64,000 bases of DNA from an uncultured Gammaproteobacteria bacterium (GTDB lineage: Bacteria; Patescibacteriota; Microgenomatia; CAZETR01; Amesbacteraceae): NCBI GenBank assembly GCA_964518565.1, contig CAZFGX010000001.1, positions 203,046-267,045 of the forward strand. Reading direction: 5' to 3'. The position numbers were made by a program, and so were the translations under genes. Below, piece by piece: positions 1-10,838 of this stretch; positions within the stretch are counted from its first letter, which is position 1, and each line of letters begins with the position of its first letter. The notes under the pieces were generated by a model. That model saw nothing but the letters and a program-made list of their open reading frames with translations, was not told the origin of the DNA and searched no databases.

Positions 1-506
1 TTGAGTTTTTAAAAACAGAAAAAATTAATCCAACCGTCTTTGTAATTGCCGATCCCAAAAAGGCAAATACGAAAGAGCTTGGTATAAACAACAAATTATT
101 GTCAATTTCGCAAATAAAGAAACTTATTTCTTATGGATGGGCTATTGGGTGCCATAGTATGACTCATCCAGATTTTAGTTCATTATCAAAACAAGAATTA
201 GATAAAGAAGTGTCCGGAGCAAAAAAACTTCTCGAATCAAAATTAAATACAAAAATAAAATATTTTGCTTTTCCTAAAGGAGTTTATAGTAACCAAATCG
301 TCTCTCAAATAAAAAAGTCAGGATTCTCCCTGGCAGTATCAATGGACGATGGTAAGGTGACGGCATCAAATATCTACAATCTGCCCCGCGTAGGTGTAGA
401 TAGATCACATTCAATTTCGGAGGTAATGACAACAGTTCGACCAAGTGTTGTTGCATTTAGAGGATTAATTAAAAAAAGCCTATTAAAAAACATAATCCAT
501 ATATGA
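1..506 (+). CDS. polysaccharide deacetylase (NodB/CE4-like), 5'-truncated by window edge
   Basis: In-frame ORF from position 3; motifs 'GCHSMTHPDF' (His-His metal site) and 'FAFPKGVY' (RPPYG-like) typical of NodB homology domain. Confidence 0.55.
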   Translation, partial: EFLKTEKINPTVFVIADPKKANTKELGINNKLLSISQIKKLISYGWAIGCHSMTHPDFSSLSKQELDKEVSGAKKLLESKLNTKIKYFAFPKGVYSNQIVSQIKKSGFSLAVSMDDGKVTASNIYNLPRVGVDRSHSISEVMTTVRPSVVAFRGLIKKSLLKNIIHI

Positions 507-1411
507 AAACCGTAACAATTGGTATTGCCGCATATAACGCTGAACGAAATATCACAAAATTGATTGATATTTTGTTAGGTCAAAATATCAAAAACTGGAA
601 ATTCGATATGCTACTAATTCATTCAGATTGTAGTACAGATCAAACAGTAACTAATATCCAAAAAATTAAAAATCCAAAATTAAAAATAATTGATAATAAG
701 GATAGACGTGGGTTTGCTGGATCTGTAAAAAAAATCTTAAGTATCTCAAAATCAGATATAACCTTGTTGTTAAATGATGATATTAAAATTGACGATAAAA
801 ATTTTGTTGAAAAAATCGTCAGGGCGTTTAACTCTGATAAAAGAATAGGATTAGCAACTGCTCGTCCTGTGCCACTTACGCCGCACTCATTTATTGAAAA
901 ATCCGTTATCTCTACTATTACAGCGTATGAAAACACCATTTATGGCGAAAAAATTCAAAATAGCATTTTCACTTGTGATGGAAAGGTTATGGCAATTGGA
1001 AAAGAATTTAAATCAAAAATTAAGTTTCCAGAAAATATCACTTTAGCGGGAAATGTTGATTCGTATATCTATTTATCTAATAAAATAAATGGGTTTAAAT
1101 ATCAACATATAGAGGAAGCAAAAGTGTTATTCAGATGCCCATCAACCTTAAAAGACTGGATCCGCTGGACGTCTAGAAACAATGCCGATAAACTAGTATT
1201 AAAACAAATTTTTGGACCAACAGTAGAGTCAGAATTTGTGTTTCCAAAACCCAATCAGCTATTAAAAAATAAACTTATGGCTACAGTCAGACATCCAGTT
1301 GAGTCAATTTTTGCATTTTTTGTTGGCCAATATTGTCGAATGAAAGCTCAAAATTATTCAACTTGGTTGACCGCCAAGTGGGACGTAGTAGCCACATCAA
1401 AATTGCTATGA
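503..1411 (+). CDS. glycosyltransferase family 2
   Basis: N-terminal 'VTIGIAAYNAERNI' GT-A start, 'LLNDDI' DxD-like; ATGA overlap with upstream stop. Confidence 0.65.
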   Translation: MKTVTIGIAAYNAERNITKLIDILLGQNIKNWKFDMLLIHSDCSTDQTVTNIQKIKNPKLKIIDNKDRRGFAGSVKKILSISKSDITLLLNDDIKIDDKNFVEKIVRAFNSDKRIGLATARPVPLTPHSFIEKSVISTITAYENTIYGEKIQNSIFTCDGKVMAIGKEFKSKIKFPENITLAGNVDSYIYLSNKINGFKYQHIEEAKVLFRCPSTLKDWIRWTSRNNADKLVLKQIFGPTVESEFVFPKPNQLLKNKLMATVRHPVESIFAFFVGQYCRMKAQNYSTWLTAKWDVVATSKLL

Positions 1412-2913
1412 TAAAAAAACTGTTCATCTATACCATAAGCGCGCTACTGATGCTTTTATTAGCAGTTCTAAGTATAAAAGGTCAGGGATTGCGATTTGAA
1501 ACACAGTATACCCAGGATTTAGGAGGTCCATATGAAGCTTCAAATAGTCGTGGTCGTTATATGTTGATCCAAGCAATCGTAGATTCTGGAACGTTTTTTT
1601 TGAATAAAGAGCAAGCAGCATTTTCTCTTCCTGACTTGACTATCTTTAATGGAAAATATATCTCAATTTTTACACCAGGAATTTCATTTTTGGCAGTACC
1701 GTTCTATATACTTGGAAAATCACTTGGTGCAGCTCAACTTACCACATTTGCAATGAATATTTTTATAGGTATTGCAAATGTATATTTAGTGTACGCCCTA
1801 ACACGAAAAATTGGCGTATCTCCAACCTCGTCAGCTATATGTGGATTTTTATTTTTATTCGGCACAAATACCCTGTCCTATTCAACTACACTAACACAGC
1901 ATCCGTTGAGCGCAGCTCTTGTGTTGGTCGGACTCCTCAGTGTGGCAGGTAAACCAACTATATTGAAGAACTTAACTCTCGGGTACATGTTTGGACTTGC
2001 TGCAATGACTGACATTCCCAATATATTATTATTTGCACCCATACTTTTGTATGCTGCTGCAAAACAAATAAATATTAAATATATTAATGATACAAAAACA
2101 ATCGAATTTTCCGGAAAAACTCTAGCCATCGCTCTTGGGGCAATCCCTTTCATATTTGCTTTTGCCTGGTACAACCATCGATTGACAGGATCTTATACTT
2201 CCGTACCTCAGCTTGTTGGTCGAAGTACTACGGTTGAAATTCAGGAGTCTAATATACCTAAGCCCAAAACTGAATTAGCATTTGCTCCTACTCATTTTGC
2301 CTTAAATCCTCGCAACATGATCCGGGGTGTATATACACTCGTAATTAGTTCTGAACGAAGTTGGATATACTATAGTCCATTCTTGGTGGTAGCAATTTTA
2401 GGCCTTGCGATCGGTTCCAGAAAGGAAAATACGTATAAATCATTAATTACTCTGTGTTTGAGCGCTGGAATAGTAAATATGATTGTGTACAGTTTGTTTG
2501 GTGATCCGTGGGGTGGTTGGGCATTTGGTCCTAGATATCTCATTCCTGGAGCCGCAGTACTTACACCAGGTTTGGGAATAATTTTAGACAAATACTCCAA
2601 AAAAATCCCTATTGTGATGTTTTTGTTTACTATTAGTTTGTACAGTGTGGCGATTAGTCTAGCTGGAAGCTTAACAACAAATCTTATACCACCTAAAGTA
2701 GAAGCTGACCATTTAACATCAGGACAAGGATATAACTACAAATATAATTTTGAGCTGTTATTCCAAAAAAACCAAACAGGTTCACTGATCTATAACACCT
2801 GGATATCATCAAAATTGAGTGCGAGCCAATATTATTTGATCTACGTTTTTATCACTATCACTCCTCTGGCATTTCTATTTGCCTTATTAACTATTTCAAA
2901 AAAATATGACTAA
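1408..2913 (+). CDS. multi-pass membrane protein, GT-C-like putative glycosyltransferase
   Basis: ORF track 1333 start is TTG; first ATG at 1408 overlaps upstream stop (ATGA); ~12 predicted hydrophobic helices. Confidence 0.5.
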   Translation: MIKKLFIYTISALLMLLLAVLSIKGQGLRFETQYTQDLGGPYEASNSRGRYMLIQAIVDSGTFFLNKEQAAFSLPDLTIFNGKYISIFTPGISFLAVPFYILGKSLGAAQLTTFAMNIFIGIANVYLVYALTRKIGVSPTSSAICGFLFLFGTNTLSYSTTLTQHPLSAALVLVGLLSVAGKPTILKNLTLGYMFGLAAMTDIPNILLFAPILLYAAAKQINIKYINDTKTIEFSGKTLAIALGAIPFIFAFAWYNHRLTGSYTSVPQLVGRSTTVEIQESNIPKPKTELAFAPTHFALNPRNMIRGVYTLVISSERSWIYYSPFLVVAILGLAIGSRKENTYKSLITLCLSAGIVNMIVYSLFGDPWGGWAFGPRYLIPGAAVLTPGLGIILDKYSKKIPIVMFLFTISLYSVAISLAGSLTTNLIPPKVEADHLTSGQGYNYKYNFELLFQKNQTGSLIYNTWISSKLSASQYYLIYVFITITPLAFLFALLTISKKYD

Positions 2914-4516
2914 GTTTAAATCTTTTTCTATACGACTACGTACGCCAGGATCTAACTTCTGGCCTCAGTGGTTTTTGCCATTATTAGGAGTGATGTTGAT
3001 GGTAATTTCAATATGCTCATTTGTCTATTTCTCTGAAATTAATCTCACGCTTGCATACAACGACGCTCGGTCACATTTGAACATAGGTCGGCGTGTAGTT
3101 GAAGGGCTAAAACCAGGTCTAGCTCAGTTAGGTTCTGTATGGTTGCCACTCACACATCTACTAATGGCGCCTACAATTTGGAACGACACGATGTGGCATA
3201 CCGGGTTAGCTGGTGCCATGCAATCTATGCTCGCATTCATTATTACTGGGCTGCTTATCTCTACTATCTTGAATCGTTTAGGGGTTAATAGGCTAGGGCA
3301 ATTAATCGCCGTATTAATATTTGCCACAAACTTAAATATTTTATATTTACAGTCTACTGCAATGACTGAGTTGATGCTATTAGTCACGATGACAGCTGGT
3401 TGTTACTATCTGATCAAATGGCATCAAAATGATGCCGTATTAGATCTGGTGAAGTCGGGCTTTTGGATCATGCTTTCTACGCTTATCCGCTACGATGGCT
3501 GGTTTTTATTGTTAGTGGCATCAGCTCTAGTAGCATGGAATACCTTTAAAAAGCATAATATCAGAACCGCTGAAGGTACGGTTGTATTATTTTGTTCTTT
3601 GGCTGGATTTGGAATTGCCCTCTGGTTTTTATGGAATCTGCTAATCTTTAAAGATCCTTTATATTTTGCGTTTGGACCTTTCTCCGCGCACACCCAACAA
3701 GAACAACTTTTAGCCTCTGGTGGGCTACCCACAAAAGGCAATCTGGTTTTGTCTTCAGAGGTATATCTATATGCTCTTTTATATAATTCATATAGTTTGC
3801 CCGCAATTATTGCACTTGTTGGACTTATTTGTTTCATTTCTGACCGCTCACTCCCATCAAGTTCACGGATGGCTGGATTGTCACTGCTTGCGCCATTAGT
3901 GTTTAATGTCGTTGCGCTTTATATGGGACATTCTGTGCTATATTTGCCAGATTTTTCTGGAAATAGTTGGTTCAATATTCGATACGGAGTAATGACCATC
4001 CCCGCAATCGCTATTTTTTGTGGCTATGCAATAAAACGACTTACTCAGGCTAAATGGTTAATCATAGGCACGTTAATGTTAGTAATAGGGCTAGCCTTCT
4101 TCAACCATGATGCTGTGACAGTAGATGACGCACGTTATGGTAGTAGCCAAAAAAATGTGACCGAAGTCGCGGGCTTCCTCAATGTTCATGCCAAAAATCA
4201 GAAAGAATTCATTCTTATTTCAGCGGCTTCGCACGACGCTATTATTTTTTCCTCAGGTCTGCCAATGAAAAGATTTATTCACGAAGGTACGGGGGCATAC
4301 TGGGATTCTGCAACAATCAATCCTGACAGATGGGCACGTTGGATAATTATGCGCACCTATGATAATAGTGACTTGACCTGGAAAAACGTCAACAAAACCC
4401 CTGGATTTAGTAGATATGACTTAGTGGGTCATTATCCATTTGCAGATATTTACGAACTTAAACCGGAATTTGTCCCTCAACTGATCACCACCCCCATCTT
4501 CGCCAACCAGAAATAA
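2906..4516 (+). CDS. multi-pass membrane protein (hypothetical, glycosylation-associated)
   Basis: 536 aa, many hydrophobic segments, start overlaps upstream gene end. Confidence 0.45.
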   Translation: MTKFKSFSIRLRTPGSNFWPQWFLPLLGVMLMVISICSFVYFSEINLTLAYNDARSHLNIGRRVVEGLKPGLAQLGSVWLPLTHLLMAPTIWNDTMWHTGLAGAMQSMLAFIITGLLISTILNRLGVNRLGQLIAVLIFATNLNILYLQSTAMTELMLLVTMTAGCYYLIKWHQNDAVLDLVKSGFWIMLSTLIRYDGWFLLLVASALVAWNTFKKHNIRTAEGTVVLFCSLAGFGIALWFLWNLLIFKDPLYFAFGPFSAHTQQEQLLASGGLPTKGNLVLSSEVYLYALLYNSYSLPAIIALVGLICFISDRSLPSSSRMAGLSLLAPLVFNVVALYMGHSVLYLPDFSGNSWFNIRYGVMTIPAIAIFCGYAIKRLTQAKWLIIGTLMLVIGLAFFNHDAVTVDDARYGSSQKNVTEVAGFLNVHAKNQKEFILISAASHDAIIFSSGLPMKRFIHEGTGAYWDSATINPDRWARWIIMRTYDNSDLTWKNVNKTPGFSRYDLVGHYPFADIYELKPEFVPQLITTPIFANQK

Positions 4517-4562
4517 ATCTCGGGTTGTGCATAATACCCTATAGTTGTATAATTATCCCCAT

Positions 4563-6617
4563 ATGAAACTCGTCACCACAGTTATAAATCAGATCGATGA
4601 TCAGGACAAAAACCGATTTGATTCAACAAAAAAAACAAACAAGTTAAAAAGTCTTATAGTCGATATGCTATTGCTCATCCTTGTTGCAAGTATCGGCTTC
4701 ACCCATATTTATTATCTGGTAAACAGTCAATTATTTTCTACCGGATATAGTGACTGGTTAATCCAAGCTTTTCGAGTGCGTTTTATATCAGAATTTGGGC
4801 TCAGCTCTTGGACACATCTTTGGTCAAACGGAATCAGTTTGTGGAGAGGTTATCAGTTCTTACCACATATTCTTACTTCTGAAATTACCAAAATATTCCA
4901 AATAGAAATTACCCGAGCAATGGTCATCTTGACCGTCATTCAGTTTATTGGAATGAGATTTATAATATATGCCTTAGCTAGATCGCAAAAATTCTCAGCT
5001 ATAACTGGCTTAGTTGCTGTAATTCTTTCCTATGATATTGGTCAATATTGGGGAGGAGTAAATGATTACTCTATTTTATTTGGCTTTACAATTTTTCCAT
5101 TATATTTGGCTATATGGATCCAATATACCAAAGGTCGTATGCAATGGGTTCTCCCTTACATACTAGGAATAGCTTTTTATATCCATCCATTATTAGCCGT
5201 ATATTCTGCTGGATTGTGGTTTACAGGTCTGTTGTTCAAAAGTTTATCAAGACCAAGACCAAAAATCTTATTCGCTCAATTGGCCATTTTTGTTGCAAGC
5301 AGTTCACTTTTTTGGGTTCAGCATATCTCGGGGTATGTAAAAAACTATTCTTCGCCTTTTTTTATCAGTTTGGCATTTTTTAAACAAACACTGGCAAATT
5401 TTTCGGCTCTTGGTTTGAGTATTGCCGTACTTATTGGCGGGGGTGTATTGTGGGTAACGCTTCCCACTATTAGTCAATCGGCCCGTTGGACCAGGGCAAT
5501 AGCACTCTACAGTCTAATTTGTCTTGTTGGTGTATTAATTTCTATTAACGTTCAGTTGCCAGGGATAATTGCGGAAACACAGTTTAGTCGAGGTATGACA
5601 TTTATCGCTTTAGCAATAATCGTTGGATTGATGCCTATAATTGAGAAAATAAAACAATCCCCGAGCTCGACACTCAAGTATCTTTTTGTGGCGTGTATCT
5701 CGCTGAGTATGGTCGAATCTTTTTGGATTTCAGGATCATTTGCCCCTCACTCAGGCCTACCGATAGAAGACCCTGTTGTAGCACTTCAAAAAAAATATCC
5801 CGAAATGAATATTCAAAATTCTCGTATTTGGACTCCTTATCTTGATGTTGCAAATAATAAAGCAACATTAAATGAAAAATACCCTAATTCTTATATGACA
5901 CATTCAGATTCTAATCAGGTCTCTGTCCGTTTAAGCAATTTACTTCTATACAACTCATTTCAAGATCGTGTGCCGAATGTCTCTCTTGATCGAGTAAAAC
6001 AATACATGCAAATCACCGCAACGCCATATGTGATATTTGAAAAAAACTCTCCTTTTGTTCGTTCCATTTCAGTTGACGATTCCGATATTAAAGACTTAGG
6101 CGATATAGAGTTAAAACGAAATATATTTCATGCCTATAAACTACTCAATGTCTCGCAGTCAGCAATCATTATTGATCCAACTCAAATACAAAAACTAGTT
6201 AAATTCCCAGAATCATTAAATCCAGCTGACCCACTAGATCAAACTTCTCTTGATCAGTATGTCTCCGAGTGGGTGAATATGGTATATGATCCAAAAAACC
6301 AACCAGTCACGATTCAGTACTCTGCGCAAGACACATTAGATATTTCAATTCCAAAACAACGCCTTTCAAACACCGTTTATATCCCTGAAAGTTATTCCAA
6401 AAATTGGCAAGGCTGGTTCAATGGTCAAAAAGTAGATATTACTCCTGTTGGTCCAAATTTTATAAGAGTAGATATGCATCAATCTGGGTCGTATGGATTG
6501 CTAATTCTAAAACATAATTGGCCTACTATTTGGTATATATCTTTGGCGACAATTTTATTGCTACCGGCTTTGTATATTGTTTTAAAAACAACACATCTTG
6601 TTATCTCAACTAAATAA
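4563..6617 (+). CDS. large membrane protein with C-terminal extracytoplasmic domain (hypothetical)
   Basis: Track start 4545 is TTG; ATG at 4563; ~400 aa polytopic N-region plus ~250 aa soluble region and terminal TM. Confidence 0.45.
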   Translation: MKLVTTVINQIDDQDKNRFDSTKKTNKLKSLIVDMLLLILVASIGFTHIYYLVNSQLFSTGYSDWLIQAFRVRFISEFGLSSWTHLWSNGISLWRGYQFLPHILTSEITKIFQIEITRAMVILTVIQFIGMRFIIYALARSQKFSAITGLVAVILSYDIGQYWGGVNDYSILFGFTIFPLYLAIWIQYTKGRMQWVLPYILGIAFYIHPLLAVYSAGLWFTGLLFKSLSRPRPKILFAQLAIFVASSSLFWVQHISGYVKNYSSPFFISLAFFKQTLANFSALGLSIAVLIGGGVLWVTLPTISQSARWTRAIALYSLICLVGVLISINVQLPGIIAETQFSRGMTFIALAIIVGLMPIIEKIKQSPSSTLKYLFVACISLSMVESFWISGSFAPHSGLPIEDPVVALQKKYPEMNIQNSRIWTPYLDVANNKATLNEKYPNSYMTHSDSNQVSVRLSNLLLYNSFQDRVPNVSLDRVKQYMQITATPYVIFEKNSPFVRSISVDDSDIKDLGDIELKRNIFHAYKLLNVSQSAIIIDPTQIQKLVKFPESLNPADPLDQTSLDQYVSEWVNMVYDPKNQPVTIQYSAQDTLDISIPKQRLSNTVYIPESYSKNWQGWFNGQKVDITPVGPNFIRVDMHQSGSYGLLILKHNWPTIWYISLATILLLPALYIVLKTTHLVISTK

Positions 6618-6618
6618 T

Positions 6619-8097
6619 ATGTTTCATCGTTTACAACCTCTACCTATTTCACTTTTACTCTTTATCACCTTGACACCCTTGGCTATTTTTTACTATGCAA
6701 TATATGTATTTAATCCTGCAAACATTGGGTTTTTGCCTCTATATATATTTCAGGTTGCAGCAGACACGATTTCTATCCTGATTGCCACATCACTTTGGCT
6801 CACTCTTCTCTTAGACATTCTTCAGCCTGAACACCATAAACGAAAGTTGCAAAACAATCCTGAATGGCTCAAAAAAAATCAAGTCACAGTAGACGTGTTT
6901 GTAACCGTACTCAATGAACCCATTGAAATAGTCACCGGCACACTCCAAGCGGCCGTGGATATGGATTATCCTCATAAAACGTTTCTACTTGACGATGGTA
7001 ACTCAGCTGAAATGAAACAAATTGCTGACCAACTTAATATTGAGTACATAGCTCGTCCAGTCACAGGCCGAAAACATGCAAAAGCCGGAAATATTAACTA
7101 CGGTCTCCAACGCACTCATGGAGAGTTTTTTGCGATATTCGATGCAGATTTTTCTCCGCGAAAAAATTTTCTTACTAAATTACTCCCATTTTTTGAAAAT
7201 AAAAAAATCGCTTTAGTGCAAACACCTCAATCATATAGTAATACGCACAATTTTATAGCCAGTGGTACAGCACAAGCTCAGGAAATTTTTTATAAATTCG
7301 TCATGCCAGCAAAAAATAGTTACAATGCGGCATTTTGCGTGGGGACAAATATGATTTACCGTCGCGATTCAATTAATCAAATTGGGGGAATTGCCAAATT
7401 AGACCACTCAGAAGATATTTGGACAACAATCAACTTACATGAAAAAGGTTATGAGTCAGTTTTTTATCATCAAGTATTGGCTACTGGAAGAGCGCCTGAG
7501 ACAGTATCTGCTTTCTTTAGGCAGCAAAATCGCTGGTCACAAGGTGGATTCTCACTCATGTTCACGAATAACCCCCTATTTAGCAAGTCATTAACAGTCG
7601 ACCAAAAAATACAATACTTTCTCTCAAACATCTTTTTCTTTAGTGGCTTTTCAATACTTATTTATTTATTGTTACCACTAACCTTTCTATTATTTGGCAT
7701 TCACCCTATGAAGCTAAACTCGTTGGAGTGGATAAAGCATTATGTACCATTTTTTCTTGCGATGTATATCATGCCCCTGACATTAATAGGTAAACCAAAA
7801 CTTGCAACAATCAGTGTTGCTCTGGCCAGCTTTTATCCGTATATCCAGGGTTTTTTTTCAACATTATTTCAGTCAAAGTTTATTTGGGTACCTACAGAAG
7901 CCAAAAAGAAAATACCAAGCCTAATTTCAATGCAAATCTGGCCACATCTATTTATTATTTTTGTCTCACTTTTCTCTCTTATTATAGGATGGTATAATGC
8001 AAACGACATCACGACAACTGTGGCTACGAGTATTTGGGTATCATTAAACACATATATTTTATTTTCATTTTTAAAAAATAGCCAAATAAAAAGCTAA
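6619..8097 (+). CDS. processive GT2 beta-glycan synthase (cellulose/curdlan/chitin-synthase-like)
   Basis: Motifs 'LDDGNS', 'FDADF', 'LVQTPQSY', 'QQNRWSQGG' (QxxRW) flanked by TM helices; track start 6598 is TTG, ATG at 6619 directly after upstream stop. Confidence 0.75.
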   Translation: MFHRLQPLPISLLLFITLTPLAIFYYAIYVFNPANIGFLPLYIFQVAADTISILIATSLWLTLLLDILQPEHHKRKLQNNPEWLKKNQVTVDVFVTVLNEPIEIVTGTLQAAVDMDYPHKTFLLDDGNSAEMKQIADQLNIEYIARPVTGRKHAKAGNINYGLQRTHGEFFAIFDADFSPRKNFLTKLLPFFENKKIALVQTPQSYSNTHNFIASGTAQAQEIFYKFVMPAKNSYNAAFCVGTNMIYRRDSINQIGGIAKLDHSEDIWTTINLHEKGYESVFYHQVLATGRAPETVSAFFRQQNRWSQGGFSLMFTNNPLFSKSLTVDQKIQYFLSNIFFFSGFSILIYLLLPLTFLLFGIHPMKLNSLEWIKHYVPFFLAMYIMPLTLIGKPKLATISVALASFYPYIQGFFSTLFQSKFIWVPTEAKKKIPSLISMQIWPHLFIIFVSLFSLIIGWYNANDITTTVATSIWVSLNTYILFSFLKNSQIKS

Positions 8098-8103
8098 ATC
8101 AAT

Positions 8104-8892
8104 ATGTTTATACAAAAAATTATTCGATCAAGTATTGATATTTTTGTCATATTTTTCATATTTGTTTTTTCTGTAGTTATTTCAACTATAGGTTTAACCG
8201 TAAAAGCAAATCAGTACAAATCTGAAAAAAATAACATAGTCAAAATCACTGTATATAAAAAGCCTATTCCCATACTTTCAACCACAAAAGGAATCATCCA
8301 AAAAGTTCACGTTAGGCCGGGTCAGGAAGTGCGAAGAGGCGACATCTTAGTAGAAATCGACAACCCAGTGTTAAAAGGTAAGATCACTGCCTTACAAAAC
8401 TATCCAGACAATCTATCAGCCAGAACTGAAGCTGAAGTTGCTCAAATCGAGTTAAATTATTTAAATGTTCCCTCACCAGTTGATGGTGTAGTTGGCGAAA
8501 TTCAAGTAACAGATGGAGTACCTGTCCAAGAGTTAACCCCATTGCTATCTTTGTATTCAAATGAAGATGTGACACTGACTACAAGTTTATATACCGATCA
8601 GTATTTACAACTCAAACAACAATCACTGGTAAAAGCCTATAACGAAAGATTAAACCAGACATTCCTCCTCACTCCATCTTTAGTTCGACCAGATATCGAA
8701 ATTCCTGTCGATCAAACCGATCAAAAAAAGATTGGGTTATATTTCAATCTCTTGCATAAAGAAGAAGCAGCTAGCCTTTTACAAAATGAAGATATGGAAT
8801 TGAGTACGAGTGTGGATGCTGCCGAAAACCCAAATCGCCCAATAGATTACGTTATTAATTTTTGGAATAGAATCCTTTTCGCATCCGAGTGA
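8104..8892 (+). CDS. membrane-fusion (HlyD)-like protein, short form
   Basis: N-terminal TM; lipoyl-like hairpin 'VHVRPGQEVRRGDILVEID' and beta-barrel-like 'SPVDGVVGEIQVTDGVPV' typical of MFP adaptors. Confidence 0.4.
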   Translation: MFIQKIIRSSIDIFVIFFIFVFSVVISTIGLTVKANQYKSEKNNIVKITVYKKPIPILSTTKGIIQKVHVRPGQEVRRGDILVEIDNPVLKGKITALQNYPDNLSARTEAEVAQIELNYLNVPSPVDGVVGEIQVTDGVPVQELTPLLSLYSNEDVTLTTSLYTDQYLQLKQQSLVKAYNERLNQTFLLTPSLVRPDIEIPVDQTDQKKIGLYFNLLHKEEAASLLQNEDMELSTSVDAAENPNRPIDYVINFWNRILFASE

Positions 8893-10787
8893 AATTAGCA
8901 ATCTTTTTGGTCTCCATCTTCGCACTCTCTGCGCTGTTCGTTTGGTTTTTTTTCTCGCCAGAGAAAAAAAACACTTCAATTGAACAACCAACTTCAAAAT
9001 CAAGTCATTCTCTATCCACAATAAAATCAAATAAATGGTTTAGTTCTATATACAAAGGTATACCAACTGCACCACTATATGCTCAGCCATTGGTGTATAA
9101 ATTTACGGATAAAGGAATACAAATTTCTTACCCAAAAATTGTTGTCGAGCCAAATACAATCTTCAGCCCTTTTACCTCTGATATTCAAATAGGTATCGGA
9201 CAAACCATTTCTTCACTAGAACCAGCTCAGATAGGGGATTGGCATATCAAAGTAAAAGCAAGTTCACAGACCGAAAATTTTTTGACAACTATTGGTCAAG
9301 GTCTTCCATATACTTATTTACATTCATCAACTAAAAATTGGCAAATTGATTTCGAAACTGGATATACCACAATAAATAAAACAAATACTTCTCAAACAGT
9401 TATGACAAATGAAAATCTATACCTCATCGTCTGGGATAAATCCGCTACTCTCGATGAGAGTGAACACCAAATAAAAATTAGTAACTCAGAAAAACTTTTT
9501 ATTGCTGTACTCGATGATAAAGAACACGAAAATTTATTTAAACAAATCAGTGAAGGGGCAATTGAATCAACTCAGGTTTCTTGGACAATAGATGCAGATA
9601 CGATAAAAGAAAATTTTCAAATTCAGCAACAAGCCAAATCACTCATTGCAATATTGCCTCATCAATATGCTGGACTCGTCCAAACATTCCCAGCTTTGGG
9701 TCAATATCGTAGCATACGTGGTCCAATGACATTAATACAAACAAATAAATTTCAAATAAAAATTTTTAGAATCACTCCTCCAGAATCATTTTCCATAATG
9801 GATTCTCCTGATTCCACTTTACTAAATAGTTTTATCCAAGACTCAAATGAATTGTTAAACAATCCTATCCCAGAAAGCAAAAATTATGGCCTGAGTGTCT
9901 GGATGGGAAAAATGGCAAATCAAATTGAACTAGCAAATGCCCTCAGGCAAGAAGCAGAAAAAAAACTTCTCATTACTCGTGCCGGAGAAGCATTAGAAGC
10001 TATCAATGAGTGGTATGAATATGATTCTAGACAACAAAGCATTGTGTCCAAGAGTCCTGAATTTGGCAACGAACGGTTAAACGACCACCACTTCCATTAT
10101 GGTTATGTCATTCGATTGGCCGCTATTTTGAAAAGGTATGGATATCAAATCCCGGAAGCAACCCAGCTTCGTATCAATGAAATTGTTCAAGATATCGCCA
10201 CCAATGACAGACAATCTGATCGCTTCCCGTTTGTAAGAAATTTTGATTTTTACGAAGGCCATTCCTGGGCAGATGGCTATGCCCAGTTTGCAGACGGACA
10301 AAACCAGGAGTCGAGTTCTGAAGCCATAAATGCCTGGTATGGATTATATTTATGGGCAAAGGTAAATTCAGATCCTGAAACCGAAAAATTAGCAATATTC
10401 TTATTTAATAGTGAAATCTACAGCACCAAGTATTACTGGTTTAATATTGGCAATATCTATCCCAAGCCGTATGAGCACGCAATTGCGTCACTAGTTTGGG
10501 GTGGAAAAGTAGATTTCACTACCTGGTTCGGTAATGACACAAATTTCAAGTATGGTATTCAGATTCTGCCTGTTACCCCTGCGTCAGGCTATCTCAAGAC
10601 TATTCCTAACTTTTTCAACTATGAAGGGGATTTTTTGCGCAGTGGTGGCAGCTATGATCGACCCTGGGGGGAACTTATGCAATTTTGGAAATCCCAATCG
10701 ACACGAGAAATTAGCCTCGATATGCTGCCAAAACAGCCAGAAACCACCCCAAGGTCAATTTTAGAATATTTTCTGCTTGCCGAGTAA
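8889..10787 (+). CDS. secreted glycoside hydrolase, GH81-like endo-beta-1,3-glucanase
   Basis: GTG start overlapping upstream TGA; signal/TM anchor; motifs 'NDHHFHYGY' and 'ESSSEAINAWYG' recalled as GH81 signatures. Confidence 0.55.
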   Translation: MKLAIFLVSIFALSALFVWFFFSPEKKNTSIEQPTSKSSHSLSTIKSNKWFSSIYKGIPTAPLYAQPLVYKFTDKGIQISYPKIVVEPNTIFSPFTSDIQIGIGQTISSLEPAQIGDWHIKVKASSQTENFLTTIGQGLPYTYLHSSTKNWQIDFETGYTTINKTNTSQTVMTNENLYLIVWDKSATLDESEHQIKISNSEKLFIAVLDDKEHENLFKQISEGAIESTQVSWTIDADTIKENFQIQQQAKSLIAILPHQYAGLVQTFPALGQYRSIRGPMTLIQTNKFQIKIFRITPPESFSIMDSPDSTLLNSFIQDSNELLNNPIPESKNYGLSVWMGKMANQIELANALRQEAEKKLLITRAGEALEAINEWYEYDSRQQSIVSKSPEFGNERLNDHHFHYGYVIRLAAILKRYGYQIPEATQLRINEIVQDIATNDRQSDRFPFVRNFDFYEGHSWADGYAQFADGQNQESSSEAINAWYGLYLWAKVNSDPETEKLAIFLFNSEIYSTKYYWFNIGNIYPKPYEHAIASLVWGGKVDFTTWFGNDTNFKYGIQILPVTPASGYLKTIPNFFNYEGDFLRSGGSYDRPWGELMQFWKSQSTREISLDMLPKQPETTPRSILEYFLLAE

Positions 10788-10805
10788 TTGACTATAGGGT
10801 ATAAT
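10776..10805 (+). promoter_or_regulatory. sigma70-like promoter TTGCCG-18-TATAAT upstream of giant PA14 gene
   Basis: Sequence 'ttgccgagtaattgactatagggtataat'; ATG at 10839. Confidence 0.3.
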
Positions 10806-10838
10806 GCCTTTACTTCCTGCTCTCCTAAACACCGTCTC

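Noticed and set aside
274-456. Numerous short antisense or alternative-frame ORFs from the six-frame track (e.g. 274-456, 640-939, 1878-2174, 3124-3387, 5114-5383, 12122-12343, 16690-16905, 21898-22122, 53562-53750 and others)
   Set aside because: All lie fully inside longer, motif-supported ORFs on the opposite strand or in another frame, have no recognisable domains, and are the size expected by chance in AT-rich DNA.
1333-1407. N-terminal extensions of track ORFs beginning at TTG/GTG (1333, 4545, 6598, 10788, 20753, 23641, 31862, 33321, 38709, 49342)
   Set aside because: Extensions overlap the preceding gene substantially, lack signal/TM character, and an in-frame ATG positioned at or just after the upstream stop gives a sensible N-terminus. 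Internal ATGs were used instead.
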